A stretch of 64,000 nucleotides of DNA, taken from NCBI GenBank assembly GCA_903902855.1, contig CAIUWK010000040.1, positions 8,279 through 72,278 of the forward strand, in the 5' to 3' direction. The translations under genes and the position numbers were made by a program. The notes below the pieces were generated by a model, which saw nothing but the letters and a program-made list of their open reading frames with translations, was not told where the DNA came from and searched no databases. The stretch is from an uncultured Geobacter sp. GTDB lineage: Bacteria; Desulfobacterota; Desulfuromonadia; Geobacterales; CAIOGM01. This document shows positions 17,386 through 28,341 of the stretch, piece after piece. The stretch's first letter is position 1, and the number at the start of each line of letters is the position of its first letter.

Positions 17386-19932
17386 TCAGTTCTCCCCGCC
17401 CACCAGATGACCGGTAAGGTCGGGGAGTTCCTGCCCCTTCTTGTGATACCCCTGGAATTCGTTCACCCGCACCGGCTTGGCGTTCCAGATATGGGCGGCA
17501 TATTCGGCGATGCTCCGATCGCTGGAGAATTTCCCCATCCGGGCGGTGTTGAGAATCGCCATCCGGATCCAGGCATCCTGATCCCGGTAGAGTTCCGCCA
17601 CCTTCTCCTGACAGGTCACGTAGGAGGTATAGTCGGCACAGAGGAGATACTGGTCGTTATTCAACAACGAGTTGACGATGGGGACGAAAAGATCCCGCTG
17701 CAGAGGGGAGAAGGCGCCGCTGCTGATCATATCGAGAACCTGCTTCAGTTCCGGATCGCGCTCGTAGTATTCACGGGGGCGATACCCCTGCTTTTTGAGC
17801 TCGTTGACCTCGTCGGTGACGAGACCGAAGATGAAGATGTTCTCCTCCCCCACCTCTTCCCGCATCTCCACGTTGGCCCCATCCAGAGTCCCGATGGTGA
17901 GCGCCCCGTTGAGGGCGAATTTCATGTTGCCGGTGCCCGATGCCTCGGTCCCCGCCGTGGAGATCTGCTCGGAGAGGTCCGAAGCAGGGAAGATCTTCTC
18001 CGCCAGGGAGACGCTGTAGTTGGCCAAAAAGACCACCTTGAGCCGCCCCGCCACATCGGGGTCATTGTTCACCACCTCCCCCACCGCGTTGATGAGCCGG
18101 ATAATCAGCTTGGCCATCTGGTAGGCCGGGGCCGCCTTGCCGCCGAAGATCACGGTACGGGGGGTCACCACGGCCTTGGGGTCGGCCTTGATCCGGTTGT
18201 AGAGGGTGATGACATGCAGGACATTGAGCAGCTGCCGCTTGTATTCGTGGAGCCGCTTTACCTGACAGTCGAAGAGGGAGTCGGGATCTACCTCGATCCC
18301 GTTATGCTCCTTGATGTAGGCCGCCAGACAGAGTTTGTTGTCCCGCTTCACCTGCCGCCACCGGGCAGTGAAGGCGGGATCGTCCAGCCGCGTCTCCAGC
18401 CCGCGCAGCAGGTCCAGCTCGGTTACCCACTCCGGCCCCACACTCTCGGTGACCAGCGCCGCCAGGGTCGGGTTGCACGCCATGAGCCAGCGCCGGGGGG
18501 TGATGCCGTTGGTCTTGTTGTTGAACCGCTCCGGGAACATCTCGTAAAACTCCCGGAAGACATCTTTCTTGATGATCTCCGAATGGAGCGCCGAAACCCC
18601 GTTCACCGAATGGCTCCCCACGATGGCCAGATGGGCCATGCAGACCTTCTTCTCCCCATGCTCCTCGATGATGGACATCCTCGCCAGCCGCCCCAGATCG
18701 CCGGGGAAGCGGAGCCGCACCTCGGCGAGAAACTTCTCGTTGATGTCGAAGATGATCTGGAGATGCCGCGGCAGGAGATTCCCCACCATCCAGACCGGCC
18801 ACCGCTCCAGCGCCTCGGGGAGGACCGTGTGGTTGGTGTAGGCAAAGGTCTTGACGGTAATCTCCCAGGCGGTATCCCAGTCAAGATGTTCCAGATCCAG
18901 GAGGACTCGCATCATCTCGGGAATGGCCAGAGCCGGGTGGGTATCGTTCAGCTGGATGGCCGCCTGTTCCGGAAGCTGACGCCAGTCGCCACAATGCTTG
19001 CGGAACCGGTCCAAAATATCCGCCAGAGTGGCGGCAGAGAGGAAATACTCCTGTTTCAGCCGGAGCTCCTTCCCTTCCCGCACATCATCCGCCGGGTAGA
19101 GAACCTTGGAGATATTCTCCGTGGCGGCCTTTTCCTCCACTGCCCGGATGTAATCCCCCCGGTTGAAGAACTGGAGGTCGAACTCACGGGACGCCTTGGC
19201 GCTCCAGAGGCGCAGGGTATTCACCGTGCTGGTGCCGTAGCCGGGGACCGGAGTATCGTAGGCAAGGGCCACCACCTCCTCCGTATCCACCCAGTCGTGA
19301 CGGATGACGCCGGTGGCGTCCAGAGCCGTCACCACCCGGCCGAAGAAGCGGATGGGGTGGCAGTGCCGCTGCCGGTCGAACTCCCACGGATTCCGGTAGC
19401 GGAGCCAGTTGTCCGGAACCTCCACCTGAGCGCCGTCCACGATCTTCTGGGCAAAGATCCCGTATTCGTAGCGAATGCCGTAGCCATAGGCGGGAAGAGC
19501 CAGGGTCGCCAGAGAATCCAGGAAGCAGGCGGCCAACCGACCGAGCCCCCCGTTCCCCAGACCGGCGTCATGCTCTTCTTCCACCAGTGCGTTAAAATCA
19601 TACCCCAACGACTCCACCGCCTCACGGAACTGGTGGTAGAGCCCCAGATTGATGAGTGAATTCACCATAGTCCGCCCCATGAGGAACTCCATGGAGAGGT
19701 AGTAGACCCGCTTGGGATTCTCGCTGTGATAGGTCTGCTGGGTATCCAGCCAGCGCTCCACCATCCGGTCCCGCACCGCATAGGCCAGGGAGTTATAGAA
19801 GTCAAAATTGGAGGCCGAGTACTTGTCTTTACCCAGAGAGTACTCCAGGTGCTCCAGAAATTTCTTAATGATATTCATGAAATCGTCAAGTTCAGCGGCT
19901 TCGTTAATCATGTCCACAGGTTCAGTACTCAT
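17386..19932 (-). CDS. glgP: Glycogen / maltodextrin phosphorylase
   Basis: PLP site [14 protein letters not shown] with full-length GT35 similarity. Start chosen at ATG 19932 (GAGGAG SD). Confidence 0.93.
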   Translation of the reverse strand: MSTEPVDMINEAAELDDFMNIIKKFLEHLEYSLGKDKYSASNFDFYNSLAYAVRDRMVERWLDTQQTYHSENPKRVYYLSMEFLMGRTMVNSLINLGLYHQFREAVESLGYDFNALVEEEHDAGLGNGGLGRLAACFLDSLATLALPAYGYGIRYEYGIFAQKIVDGAQVEVPDNWLRYRNPWEFDRQRHCHPIRFFGRVVTALDATGVIRHDWVDTEEVVALAYDTPVPGYGTSTVNTLRLWSAKASREFDLQFFNRGDYIRAVEEKAATENISKVLYPADDVREGKELRLKQEYFLSAATLADILDRFRKHCGDWRQLPEQAAIQLNDTHPALAIPEMMRVLLDLEHLDWDTAWEITVKTFAYTNHTVLPEALERWPVWMVGNLLPRHLQIIFDINEKFLAEVRLRFPGDLGRLARMSIIEEHGEKKVCMAHLAIVGSHSVNGVSALHSEIIKKDVFREFYEMFPERFNNKTNGITPRRWLMACNPTLAALVTESVGPEWVTELDLLRGLETRLDDPAFTARWRQVKRDNKLCLAAYIKEHNGIEVDPDSLFDCQVKRLHEYKRQLLNVLHVITLYNRIKADPKAVVTPRTVIFGGKAAPAYQMAKLIIRLINAVGEVVNNDPDVAGRLKVVFLANYSVSLAEKIFPASDLSEQISTAGTEASGTGNMKFALNGALTIGTLDGANVEMREEVGEENIFIFGLVTDEVNELKKQGYRPREYYERDPELKQVLDMISSGAFSPLQRDLFVPIVNSLLNNDQYLLCADYTSYVTCQEKVAELYRDQDAWIRMAILNTARMGKFSSDRSIAEYAAHIWNAKPVRVNEFQGYHKKGQELPDLTGHLVGGEN

Positions 19933-20041
19933 GCTCTCCTCGGGGCGCGGCAGGCCGGTTCCGGCTGCAAATCCATTGGACATGCCGGCGCGGGTATGAT
20001 AATAAACGGGGACTTTATATAGCACAAATCGGGGATAAACG

Positions 20042-20896
20042 ATGAAAAAAATTGCGCTCTTCGCTAAAGTTCACGATCCCCGCTGCCAAGTAGTGGCAGG
20101 TGAGCTGATCCCGTGGCTGGTGGCCCGGGGGTGCGAACCTCTGGTGGAGGCGCACCTGGCCCGGCATCTGGCGTGGCCCAGCGGTATGGCCGACGAGGAT
20201 ATTCCCGGGGAGGCCGACCTGGTGGTGGTGCTGGGTGGGGACGGAACCCTCATCTCAGTGGCCCGACTGGTGGGGGACCGCCGGGTCCCCATCCTGGGGA
20301 TCAACCTGGGGAGCCTGGGCTTTCTTACCGAGATCACCGTGGACGAACTCTATCCCGCCCTGGAGGCCTGCCTGGCGGGAGAATATCATACATCCGAGAG
20401 GATGATGCTCCACGTCACCATCGAGCGGGGAGGAGAGATCATCGCCGAACACCGGGTGCTCAACGACGCGGTCATCAACAAAGGGGCTCTGGCCAGGATC
20501 ATCGATCTGGAAGCCACGGTGAATGGTCACTACCTGACCACCTTCAAGGCCGACGGCCTCATCATCTCCAGCCCCACCGGCTCCACGGGGTACTGCCTCT
20601 CTGCCAACGGCCCCATCGTCCACCCTTCACTGGATTGTATCGTCATCACCCCCATCTGTCCCCACACCCTGACCAACCGCTCCATCGTGGTGGACCGCAA
20701 CGCCGAGGTCACCCTCATCCTCAAATCCCAGCATGAAGATGTTTATCTCACCCTGGACGGCCAGGTAGGAGTGGAGATGAAGATGGGGGATATGGTCCGG
20801 ATCATGAAGGCGGTGAGCAAGACCCGGCTGGTCACCTCGGTCAACCGCGATTTTTTCGAAGTCCTGAGAACCAAACTGAAGTGGGGAGAACGGTAA
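20042..20896 (+). CDS. nadK: NAD kinase
   Basis: GGDGT motif and NAD-kinase C-terminal domain, 284 aa. Confidence 0.92.
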   Translation: MKKIALFAKVHDPRCQVVAGELIPWLVARGCEPLVEAHLARHLAWPSGMADEDIPGEADLVVVLGGDGTLISVARLVGDRRVPILGINLGSLGFLTEITVDELYPALEACLAGEYHTSERMMLHVTIERGGEIIAEHRVLNDAVINKGALARIIDLEATVNGHYLTTFKADGLIISSPTGSTGYCLSANGPIVHPSLDCIVITPICPHTLTNRSIVVDRNAEVTLILKSQHEDVYLTLDGQVGVEMKMGDMVRIMKAVSKTRLVTSVNRDFFEVLRTKLKWGER

Positions 20897-20900
20897 TTCC

Positions 20901-20972
20901 GGGACAAGGGATTGGGGACCGGTAAAATCAAAAAACAGATTTTCCTTCTCCCCGGTTCCCGGTTCCCGGTCC
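20901..20972. repeat. Inverted heptamer arrays GGGA(C/T)NN x3 / CCCGGTT x3
   Basis: The sequence reads gggacaagggattggggaccggtaaaa ... ccccggttcccggttcccggtcc. It shares the 14-mer ggggaccggtaaaa with 22637-22650. Confidence 0.8.
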
Positions 20973-20980
20973 TGGAATTT

Positions 20981-22648
20981 ATGCTCATCGATCTTGCCAT
21001 CAAAAACATCGCCATCATCGACACCCTTCAGGTGACTTTCCAGCCGGGGCTGAACATCCTTACCGGGGAGACCGGGGCGGGGAAGTCCATCATCATCGAC
21101 GCGGTGAACCTGATTCTGGGGGGGAGAGCCTCCACGGAGCTGATCCGGAGCGGTACGGACGAGGCCCAGGTGGAGGCGCTCTTCAGCCTCGCCGGGGCCC
21201 CCCACATCGCCGCAGAGCTGGCCGAAGCAGGGATTGAGGCGGACGAAGAGCTGATCGTCAGGCGGACGGTAAGCCGCGCCGGCAGAAACCGGGTCTACCT
21301 CAACGGCTCTTTGGCCACCACGGCCCAGTTGGCCACGATTGCTCCCCGACTCATTAATATCTACGGTCAGCACGAATCCCAGACTCTGCTCCGCCTGGCC
21401 AACCATCAGGAACTGCTGGACGGTTTCGGTCGACTGACCCCCCTGGCCACGACCTATACCGGACTCCATACGGAATACCGGAGGCTCGTCTCCGAACTCC
21501 GCACCCGGGAGAAGGATGGCCGGGAGGCGGCCCGCCGGCTGGACCTCCTTACCTTTCAGTGCCAGGAGATCGCCACGGTTGCCCCCCTGGCCGACGAAGA
21601 GGAGGAACTGGAGCAGGAGCGGGAGCTTCTGGCCCATGCCGAACGGCTCCTCCAGGGGACCACCGACGCCTTTGCTCGTCTCTACGGTGATGACGGGGCC
21701 CTCCTCTCCCGCCTGGGGGAAATCCGGAGAAACCTGGCCGACTGCGCCGGGATAGACCCCCGACTGGCTCCCCTGGATGCCTCACTGGCAGAGGCGGCGC
21801 TGCAACTGGAGGATGCCGCCCTGGCGCTTCGTGACTACGCCGCCAAGGTGGAAGCCGACCCTTGTCGTCTCCAGGCGGTGGACGACCGGCTCAATCTTTT
21901 GAGGGCACTGAAACGGAAGTATGCCCCCACCATCCGGGAGATCCTGATCATGAAGGAGGAGATGGAACGGGAGCGGGAGGCGCTCCTCCAACGTGGAGAA
22001 GTGCAGGAGGGTCTGGAGCTACGGCGTGACGAGATGATGGGTGAGCTGCTGCGACAAGGTAAAGAGCTTTCGGTCCGCCGCCGGGAAGCAGCGAAGAGAC
22101 TGACCAAGGAGATGAGCGCTCAGCTCCAGGATCTGGCCATGCAAAACGCCCTCTTTATCCCCGCGTTTACCCCCCTTGACGAACCGGACCCCAGCGGGAT
22201 GGACCGGGTGGAGTTTCTCTTCGCCCCCAACCCCGGAGAGCCTCCCCGCCCACTGGCCCGCATCGCCTCAGGGGGGGAACTCTCCCGCCTCATGCTGGCG
22301 CTGAAACAGATCCACCCGGAGAGCGACGTCCCCACCCTCATCTTCGACGAAGTGGATACCGGCATCGGCGGCGCCGTTTCGGCCCTGGTGGGGGAGAAAC
22401 TGCACCGGGTGGCCGAGAGCCAGCAGGTCCTCTGCATCACCCATCTCCCCCAGGTGGCGGCCTATGCCGACCACCACTTCCAGGTCCGGAAACTGATTCA
22501 GGCAGGGAGAACCACCACCACGGTCACCCCGCTGGATGACGCCGCACGGATCGAGGAACTCGCCCGGATGTTGGGGGGAATCACCATCACCGAGACCACC
22601 CGACAGCACGCCCGGGAGATGCTGCAATCAGTAAACGGGGACCGGTAA
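20981..22648 (+). CDS. recN: DNA repair protein RecN
   Basis: N-terminal GETGAGKS and C-terminal SGGELSR signature. The start is set at ATG 20981, because the upstream ORF extension translates the repeat array. Confidence 0.93.
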   Translation: MLIDLAIKNIAIIDTLQVTFQPGLNILTGETGAGKSIIIDAVNLILGGRASTELIRSGTDEAQVEALFSLAGAPHIAAELAEAGIEADEELIVRRTVSRAGRNRVYLNGSLATTAQLATIAPRLINIYGQHESQTLLRLANHQELLDGFGRLTPLATTYTGLHTEYRRLVSELRTREKDGREAARRLDLLTFQCQEIATVAPLADEEEELEQERELLAHAERLLQGTTDAFARLYGDDGALLSRLGEIRRNLADCAGIDPRLAPLDASLAEAALQLEDAALALRDYAAKVEADPCRLQAVDDRLNLLRALKRKYAPTIREILIMKEEMEREREALLQRGEVQEGLELRRDEMMGELLRQGKELSVRRREAAKRLTKEMSAQLQDLAMQNALFIPAFTPLDEPDPSGMDRVEFLFAPNPGEPPRPLARIASGGELSRLMLALKQIHPESDVPTLIFDEVDTGIGGAVSALVGEKLHRVAESQQVLCITHLPQVAAYADHHFQVRKLIQAGRTTTTVTPLDDAARIEELARMLGGITITETTRQHAREMLQSVNGDR

Positions 22649-22730
22649 AACCGGGGACTGGTAAAAGCGGGTACCGGTTCCTAACCCCCAGTCCCCAGTC
22701 CCTGGGTTTCTCCGGTCCCCAGTCCCTACG
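22636..22730. repeat. Inverted arrays: GGGGAC(C/T)GGTAAAA(C/G)C x2-3 facing CCCCAGT heptamers
   Basis: The sequence reads ggggaccggtaaaaccggggactggtaaaagcgggtaccgg ... cccccagtccccagtccc ... ccggtccccagtccc. The recN stop codon lies inside the first unit. Confidence 0.8.
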
Positions 22731-22742
22731 AGGTAACGAGTT

Positions 22743-23192
22743 ATGATCCGCAAGGCCCGTATTGCCGACGTCAAACCTATCCAGAAACTCCTCACCCACT
22801 TCGCCTCCCAGGGTGACATGCTCTCCCGTTCCCTGTCGGAACTGTATGAGGCGCTCCGAGATTTCTATGTTTTCGAAGAAGATGGCGCCCTCCTGGGGGT
22901 CTCGGCTCTCCATATCGTCTGGGACGACCTGGCCGAGGTCCGCTCCGTGGCGGTCACCGAGGATGCGGGGCGCAAGGGGATCGGGAGCCAAGTCGTGCAG
23001 GCTTGCATCGACGAGGCGAGGGAACTGGGGTTGAAACGAATCTTCTGTCTCACCTACAAACCCGATTTCTTTGCCAAGTTCGGCTTCCGGCTCGTGGACA
23101 AGTCGGAACTCCCCCACAAGGTCTGGGGGGATTGCGTCAAGTGCGTCAAGTTCCCCGACTGCGACGAAAATGCCATGATCCTCGACCTTTAG
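22743..23192 (+). CDS. GNAT-family N-acetyltransferase (small ArgA-like)
   Basis: Acetyl-CoA motif RKGIGSQVV, 149 aa. Confidence 0.8.
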   Translation: MIRKARIADVKPIQKLLTHFASQGDMLSRSLSELYEALRDFYVFEEDGALLGVSALHIVWDDLAEVRSVAVTEDAGRKGIGSQVVQACIDEARELGLKRIFCLTYKPDFFAKFGFRLVDKSELPHKVWGDCVKCVKFPDCDENAMILDL

Positions 23193-23995
23193 TCCAAGAC
23201 CGCCCTCACCGGCAGCGAACCGTAAAAGTCCACCAGCAGGGCGGTACAGTCATCCTCCGGCGGATTGGGGATGCCGAACCGTTCCAGGGATTCAAAAAGA
23301 GTATCCAGAAAGATGAGGTGATCGGAGTCGTCGGTCAAGAGCTCCTGTTTCATCCGAGCCATGCCGAAGAACTCTCCCTCCGGGTTTGCCGCCTCGATGA
23401 TGCCGTCGGTGTAGAGGAGCAGACGGTCTCCTTTTTGGAATTGAAAGCTCTTCACCTCGATCTCCAGGAGGTCAAAGAACCCAACAGGAGGAGATGTGGG
23501 AGAGAGTTCAATGAGCTCATCCCCGCGGCGCACCAGGGCCGGCGGGTGACCGGCGTTGACGTAGGTGATCAGGAGAGTCTCCGGGTTAATGATGCCGAAG
23601 AAGAGGGTGGAAGAGAAGTATTGATCAAACGTCTGAGAGCGCCGGCTGAAGTGCAGGAGAAAAGAGTTGACCTCATGCACCACCCGATACGGATCGCAGT
23701 TTCCCATGGCGGCGTGGTGAATGAAGCCGTAGATCAGTGACATGACCACCGAGGCATGGAGACCATGACCGGTAACATCCCCCACAAAGAGCACCTGACG
23801 TCCGTCCGGCATGTCGATAAAATCGTAATAATCCCCCCCCAACATACCGTCGATACGGTTTTTCACCGCGATGCAGCTCCAGGTACAGGCCGGTGAACTC
23901 CGGGGAAAGAGGAGCAACTGGACCTGACGGGCCAGCTCCAGCTCCGCGCCATCCACGGTGACCATGGCTGGAAGATCGTGCTCGGCATCACTCAT
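23189..23995 (-). CDS. PP2C/SpoIIE-family serine phosphatase
   Basis: GGDYYDF, DVTGHG and TDGIIEA motifs. There is no N-terminal sensor domain. Confidence 0.82.
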   Translation of the reverse strand: MSDAEHDLPAMVTVDGAELELARQVQLLLFPRSSPACTWSCIAVKNRIDGMLGGDYYDFIDMPDGRQVLFVGDVTGHGLHASVVMSLIYGFIHHAAMGNCDPYRVVHEVNSFLLHFSRRSQTFDQYFSSTLFFGIINPETLLITYVNAGHPPALVRRGDELIELSPTSPPVGFFDLLEIEVKSFQFQKGDRLLLYTDGIIEAANPEGEFFGMARMKQELLTDDSDHLIFLDTLFESLERFGIPNPPEDDCTALLVDFYGSLPVRAVLD

Positions 23996-24033
23996 ACGTC
24001 ACCTCTCTCACACATTTGATTCACCCGACAGGA

Positions 24034-24957
24034 TCATCCCACCGGTGACACGGTACATTGATCAGCGCACTCCCCGCAGATCCCCGGGCATGGCTCGATA
24101 TGGACCAGCGTATGACTGTGAGCCAACCGCTCCCCGATACGGTCTGCAATCTCATGGCTCAGCCGGTGCCCCGCCTCCACCGTGGTTCCGCCGGGGACCA
24201 CCAGATGCATGTCGATATGCCGGATATGCCCTGATTTACGGGTCCGCACCTTGTGGTACTCTTGATAGCGCCCCTGATACTCCGCCATGACCTCATGAAT
24301 GATCTGAGCTTCCTCTTCGGGGAGACTGACGTCCAGGATATGGAAAAAGGCGCTTTTGGTGAGATCCCAGGCAGCCTTGAGGATGAAGAGCGCCACCACC
24401 ATGGCCACCAGAGGATCGAGCATGGTGATGCCGGTGAGTTTAATGGCCACAAGCCCCACCATGACCCCCGCCGAAGTATAGACATCGGTGCGCAGATGAA
24501 GGGCATCCGCCGCCAGAGCCACAGAATCGGTGATACGGGCCACCTTCATGAGATGACGCGAGACAAGATAGTTGGCCAGAGCCGAAACCGCCATGACCCC
24601 GGCCCCCACCCCCAGAGAGCCGACCCCCACCGTCCCCTCGCGAAGCTTCATCACCGCTTCATACATGATATAGAGTGCGGCGCCGAAGATGAGCAACGCC
24701 TCGATGGTCCCGGCAACATTCTCTATCTTGCCATGACCGAAGGGGTGCTCTTCATCCGCCGGTTTTCCCGACTCCCGCACGGCGAACCAGGCAATGATTG
24801 CAGCCAGGAGATCCAGGCCGGAGTGGACCGCCTCGGAGATGACGCTCACCGACTGCATCATGATACCTACGGTCAGTTTGATCACGATGAGGATGGAATT
24901 GGAGACGATGGAGAGAACGGCAGCGCCGGATTTGGCCTGCTGATGATGCGGAGTCAC
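24034..24957 (-). CDS. Cation diffusion facilitator (CDF) metal efflux transporter
   Basis: Six predicted TM helices, HSGLD and HLRTD motifs, a cytoplasmic C-terminal domain, and an unusual Cys-rich tail CPGICGECADQC. Confidence 0.88.
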   Translation of the reverse strand: MTPHHQQAKSGAAVLSIVSNSILIVIKLTVGIMMQSVSVISEAVHSGLDLLAAIIAWFAVRESGKPADEEHPFGHGKIENVAGTIEALLIFGAALYIMYEAVMKLREGTVGVGSLGVGAGVMAVSALANYLVSRHLMKVARITDSVALAADALHLRTDVYTSAGVMVGLVAIKLTGITMLDPLVAMVVALFILKAAWDLTKSAFFHILDVSLPEEEAQIIHEVMAEYQGRYQEYHKVRTRKSGHIRHIDMHLVVPGGTTVEAGHRLSHEIADRIGERLAHSHTLVHIEPCPGICGECADQCTVSPVG

Positions 24958-25026
24958 GGAGTATCCTTGTCTGGTACGGCGTTTCCTCCGCGCCGGTTCA
25001 CCGACGCGGAGTTGACGGAAGAGGGA

Positions 25027-25647
25027 TCAGATCAGCCCCGCCTTGAGCAGATTCTGGATAATGAGTTTCGACAGATCCTTGCTGACCGTAACGGACTGCT
25101 TCGTCTCGAAGGTCGTGGAAGTTCCCGACCAGATCATGGCGGCATCGGCCACATCAAAAAGAACCGTCTCCAGGGTCGCCACCTCGTAATTCTGGACGGT
25201 GGGAGGCTGGATCACCTGGGTGGTACCGTAATAGGAGTAGAGGTCCCGCTGGGGATAGCGATGGGGAAAGTTTCCGGGGCCGGGGCCGAAATTCTCCACA
25301 TAGCCGGGGGTTACCGTACTCTCGTGCTGAACATTGACGACCCGGGTCGTGATGACGGCGTCAGAACCGGTTTTTTTCACCGCTTCGGCAATCAGTTCCT
25401 TGGTAACCGTCTGCTCCTGGGGGGTGACCGAATAGCTGGCAGTCGCCTGCAGACCGCGGCTCTTCAGTTCGGCAGTAAAGATGTCCTCAAAAACCCGCCG
25501 GACTCCCGGATCCTTGGTAATCCCCACCACGAGGAAGTTGTGGAAACTCTTCCCCTTGTAATTGGGATCACGCCAGGTATCCACCATGGAGGTTGAGGCG
25601 CACCCTGCCACCAAGAACAGCGCGCCCACAACCGGCATGAACCGCAT
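25027..25647 (-). CDS. Lipoprotein of unknown function (possibly DUF4136-like)
   Basis: Signal peptide with lipobox MRFMPVVGALFLVAG|C. The family assignment is from memory only. Confidence 0.55.
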   Translation of the reverse strand: MRFMPVVGALFLVAGCASTSMVDTWRDPNYKGKSFHNFLVVGITKDPGVRRVFEDIFTAELKSRGLQATASYSVTPQEQTVTKELIAEAVKKTGSDAVITTRVVNVQHESTVTPGYVENFGPGPGNFPHRYPQRDLYSYYGTTQVIQPPTVQNYEVATLETVLFDVADAAMIWSGTSTTFETKQSVTVSKDLSKLIIQNLLKAGLI

Positions 25648-25797
25648 CAACCTGACTGACTTCAGCACTCGTTGGGATATTCCAGTCATACTCGCCATGA
25701 TATCTCCTCCTTGATATATTATTATGGAGCCGTGTCGCAGTATATCGTGTCCGATGGATTAGTAACACTCTTTTTGCATTCTCTCCCTGGTGAAGGA

Positions 25798-27153
25798 TCA
25801 CTCCTCTCCCGCCGGCGTCTCCTCCCGCTCTTCCCGGGTAAGAGGCGCCGTCTCCAGCAGCAGAGCCGCCTGGGAGGAAGGAAGCGCCTGGACGTCGCGG
25901 AGTTTACGCTCTATGGCCCGGGAACGAACCGCGGCCGAGTCGATGCTGTTGCTCGCCTCCTGGAGCTTCTTGGATGTCTTGTCCAGGATGATCCCGAAGG
26001 TGGCAAATTCACTCTTTACCCCCCCCAGCAGGGTCCAGACCTCACTGGAGCGCTTCTCGATGGCCAGGGTTCTGAACCCCATCTGGAGACTGTTAAGGAG
26101 CGCCGCCAAGGTGGTGGGGCCGGTGAGGATCACCTTATACTCCCGCTGGAGCAGTTCGAAGAGGCCGGGGCGCCGGAGCACCTCCGCATAGAGCCCTTCA
26201 GTGGGGAGAAACATGATCCCGAAGTCGGTGGTATCGGGTGGAGAAAGGTACTTGTCCCTGATTGACTTGGCCGACTCCCGGACACTCTTTTCCAGCTGCT
26301 TGAGAGCCTCGGCAGCCAGTTCCGGGTTCCCCGACTCCTGAGCCTCCTGCAACCGAAGGTAATCTTCCTGGGGAAACTTGGCGTCAAGGGGGAGCCAGAC
26401 CGTATGGCGCTGGGCCTCATCCCGTCCGGGGAGCTTCACGGCAAACTCCACCCGTGCCGCGCTCCCCTTCTTCGTCGCCACATTGGCCTCATACTGCTCC
26501 GGAGCCAGTATCTGCTCCAGCAGGCTCCCCAACTGGATCTCCCCCAGCGTCCCCCGTGTCTTCACGTTGGTCAGCACCTTTTTCAGGTCTCCCACGCCGC
26601 TGGCCAGGCTCTGCATCTCCCCCAGCCCCTTCTGGACCAGCTCCAGCCGCTCGCTCACCAGCTTGAAGGAGTCTCCCAGCCGTTTCTCCAGGGTATGGTG
26701 AAGCTTCTCATCCACCGTGGCTCGCATCTGCTCCAACTTCCCGGCCGTATCCTCCTGGATAAGCCGGAGTTGGCTTTCCACCGTCTCCCGGAGTTTGTCC
26801 AGCCGCTGTTCCGTGCTCCCGGTGAGCCCCTTCAGCTGCTGGGCGAAGGTATCCAGTTGAGCCTTCTGAAACTGGGCGATCTCGATCATCCGTTTCTGGA
26901 GCGCCTCGCCGAAGTTTTTAAAGGAAGTTGCCAGCTCTTCCCGCCCCTGGCGACTCCCTGCCGAGCCCTCCTCGCGGTTCTTGGCCAGCTCTTCCCGCAG
27001 GGTCCGCTCCAGTCGCTCCTCTCCCCGAGCAAGAAGCTCCAGGCGAGCCTCCAGAGCGGCGACGGGGCGACCGCTTCTGGTGAGGAGAAGGAGCAGAAGC
27101 GCCACAACCACAACGGCGAGGATGAGAATCATTATAAGGAGGAGTTCGATCAT
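25798..27153 (-). CDS. rmuC: DNA recombination protein RmuC
   Basis: N-terminal TM helix, long coiled coil and a RmuC C-terminal region. The start is placed at ATG 27153 because a terminator hairpin lies at 27193-27216. Confidence 0.85.
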   Translation of the reverse strand: MIELLLIMILILAVVVVALLLLLLTRSGRPVAALEARLELLARGEERLERTLREELAKNREEGSAGSRQGREELATSFKNFGEALQKRMIEIAQFQKAQLDTFAQQLKGLTGSTEQRLDKLRETVESQLRLIQEDTAGKLEQMRATVDEKLHHTLEKRLGDSFKLVSERLELVQKGLGEMQSLASGVGDLKKVLTNVKTRGTLGEIQLGSLLEQILAPEQYEANVATKKGSAARVEFAVKLPGRDEAQRHTVWLPLDAKFPQEDYLRLQEAQESGNPELAAEALKQLEKSVRESAKSIRDKYLSPPDTTDFGIMFLPTEGLYAEVLRRPGLFELLQREYKVILTGPTTLAALLNSLQMGFRTLAIEKRSSEVWTLLGGVKSEFATFGIILDKTSKKLQEASNSIDSAAVRSRAIERKLRDVQALPSSQAALLLETAPLTREEREETPAGEE

Positions 27154-27192
27154 GGAACGGTTGTATAAGATTTCGTCATCTCTTACAACATG

Positions 27193-27216
27193 AAAAGCCC
27201 GCTTTCGCGGGCTTTT
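27193..27216 (-). terminator. Rho-independent terminator after the dodecaheme cytochrome gene
   Basis: aaaagcccgc-tttc-gcgggctttt is a perfect 10-bp stem with a flanking A/T run. Confidence 0.75.
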
Positions 27217-27249
27217 CATGTTCTGTCTGTACAATCGTGACTCGGGAGC

Positions 27250-28131
27250 TTACTTCCCCTTCACCTGTTTGGCCGGGGGATCGTGGGGGTCCAGGTGACA
27301 GGTGAGACAGTTGGGATAACGGCTCAGGAACTCCTTCTTGTGGGGTGCCGCGTGACACTCGGTACATTTCGGTACGTAACCATGCTTCAAGTGATGACAG
27401 GCGGCGCAGTTGACCTTACCGTGCCTGCTGGGAGTTTTCTGCCATTTGGCATAAATCTTACCGTGACAGGAACCGCAGGTAACCGCCGGGGCGTCTTTCG
27501 CGTAGGTAACCTGAAGCGGTTTATGCACCTGATGGCAGGTGCTGCAGGGGCCAACAACCTCTCCTCCACGGTGCGGTTTCGCATGGCAGGAACTACAGGC
27601 AGGCTTGTAACCATGTGTGGTATGACAGGTCTGACAGGAGAGCTTGGAATGCTTGCTGGGGAACGTGACGAGCTGCTCTTTGGGTGAGGCGTGGCACTCG
27701 GGACAGGCGTTTGTCAGCCGCGCATCCATAAGGACTTTCTTCGGCGTGTGAGGGTTGGCGTGGCAACTGGCACAGTCGGTGATACTCTTGCCGTGGGGCT
27801 CGCTGTGACAGGAGGCGCACTTGGGCATGATGGCGTCCCAGTTCATCTTCTTGGGATTGAAGGCATGGAAGGTGGCGTGGCAACTCTGGCAGTCGAAGCG
27901 GTGTCGGGCCCCATCCTCCTTGAGTCCCTTGAAAACCCCGGGATGGCACTGGCCGCACTGGGTGACCGTCAGCGGTTGGGGAACGGCGGCATAGAGCTCC
28001 GGTACCGGCGGGATGGTCACCGTGGCAATCTTCTTCCCTTCTCCGGCACCGGCCAGCGCTGCCAGAGCCAGTGCCGCTATCTGGATACCTGCGACAAGCA
28101 CTCCCTTTTTCAGTACGTTCCTTACGTTCAT
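27250..28131 (-). CDS. Periplasmic dodecaheme c-type cytochrome
   Basis: 12 CXXCH motifs counted in about 290 aa, with a signal peptide. Start set at ATG 28131 behind GGAGGAG. The length and heme count recall polymerised c7-type domains of Geobacter, which is an inference. Confidence 0.9.
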   Translation of the reverse strand: MNVRNVLKKGVLVAGIQIAALALAALAGAGEGKKIATVTIPPVPELYAAVPQPLTVTQCGQCHPGVFKGLKEDGARHRFDCQSCHATFHAFNPKKMNWDAIMPKCASCHSEPHGKSITDCASCHANPHTPKKVLMDARLTNACPECHASPKEQLVTFPSKHSKLSCQTCHTTHGYKPACSSCHAKPHRGGEVVGPCSTCHQVHKPLQVTYAKDAPAVTCGSCHGKIYAKWQKTPSRHGKVNCAACHHLKHGYVPKCTECHAAPHKKEFLSRYPNCLTCHLDPHDPPAKQVKGK

Positions 28132-28194
28132 CCTTTTCTCCTCCATCTCTGTGGGATACGCCGATGGAGCAAAAACCCCCTTCGGACGTGATTA

Positions 28195-28222
28195 CTTATA
28201 TCGGGAACAATTCGTCTGTCAA
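28195..28222 (-). promoter_or_regulatory. Sigma70-type promoter for the cytochrome gene
   Basis: Minus strand reads TTGACA (28222..28217), a 16-nt spacer, then TATAAG (28200..28195). Confidence 0.45.
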
Positions 28223-28341
28223 TCATAAAATCCGGGAAAATCGACGCAGAACAAAAACAAAGGTTATATTGATTACTTTGTTTTAAATTTGCTATGATGG
28301 CGACCATTGCATCAGACCACATTTCTTCGAAAGGAACTGCC

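Noticed and set aside
17371-19659. 762-aa ORF on the plus strand. Similar long antisense ORFs: 43723-45447 (+), 28312-29871 (-), 1411-2406 (-), 24253-25596 (+), 5802-6746 (+), 15726-region 16293-17108 (+), 59262-60095 (+).
   Set aside because: Each lies exactly opposite a gene with unambiguous family motifs (glgP, secA, the acyl-ligase fusion, meaB, the CDF transporter, folD, rarA, the HDAC-family gene). Their translations are low-complexity and R/P/G/H-rich, as expected for stop-poor antisense frames in high-GC DNA.
28147-28341. c-di-GMP/cGAMP (GEMM) riboswitch upstream of the multiheme cytochrome gene. The PEP-CTERM leader at 61747-61800 was also checked.
   Set aside because: The leaders are short (about 50-60 nt after the putative promoters) and lack the conserved GEMM tetraloop/receptor sequence blocks as far as I can see. 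Rfam RF01051/RF01786 scans would settle it.
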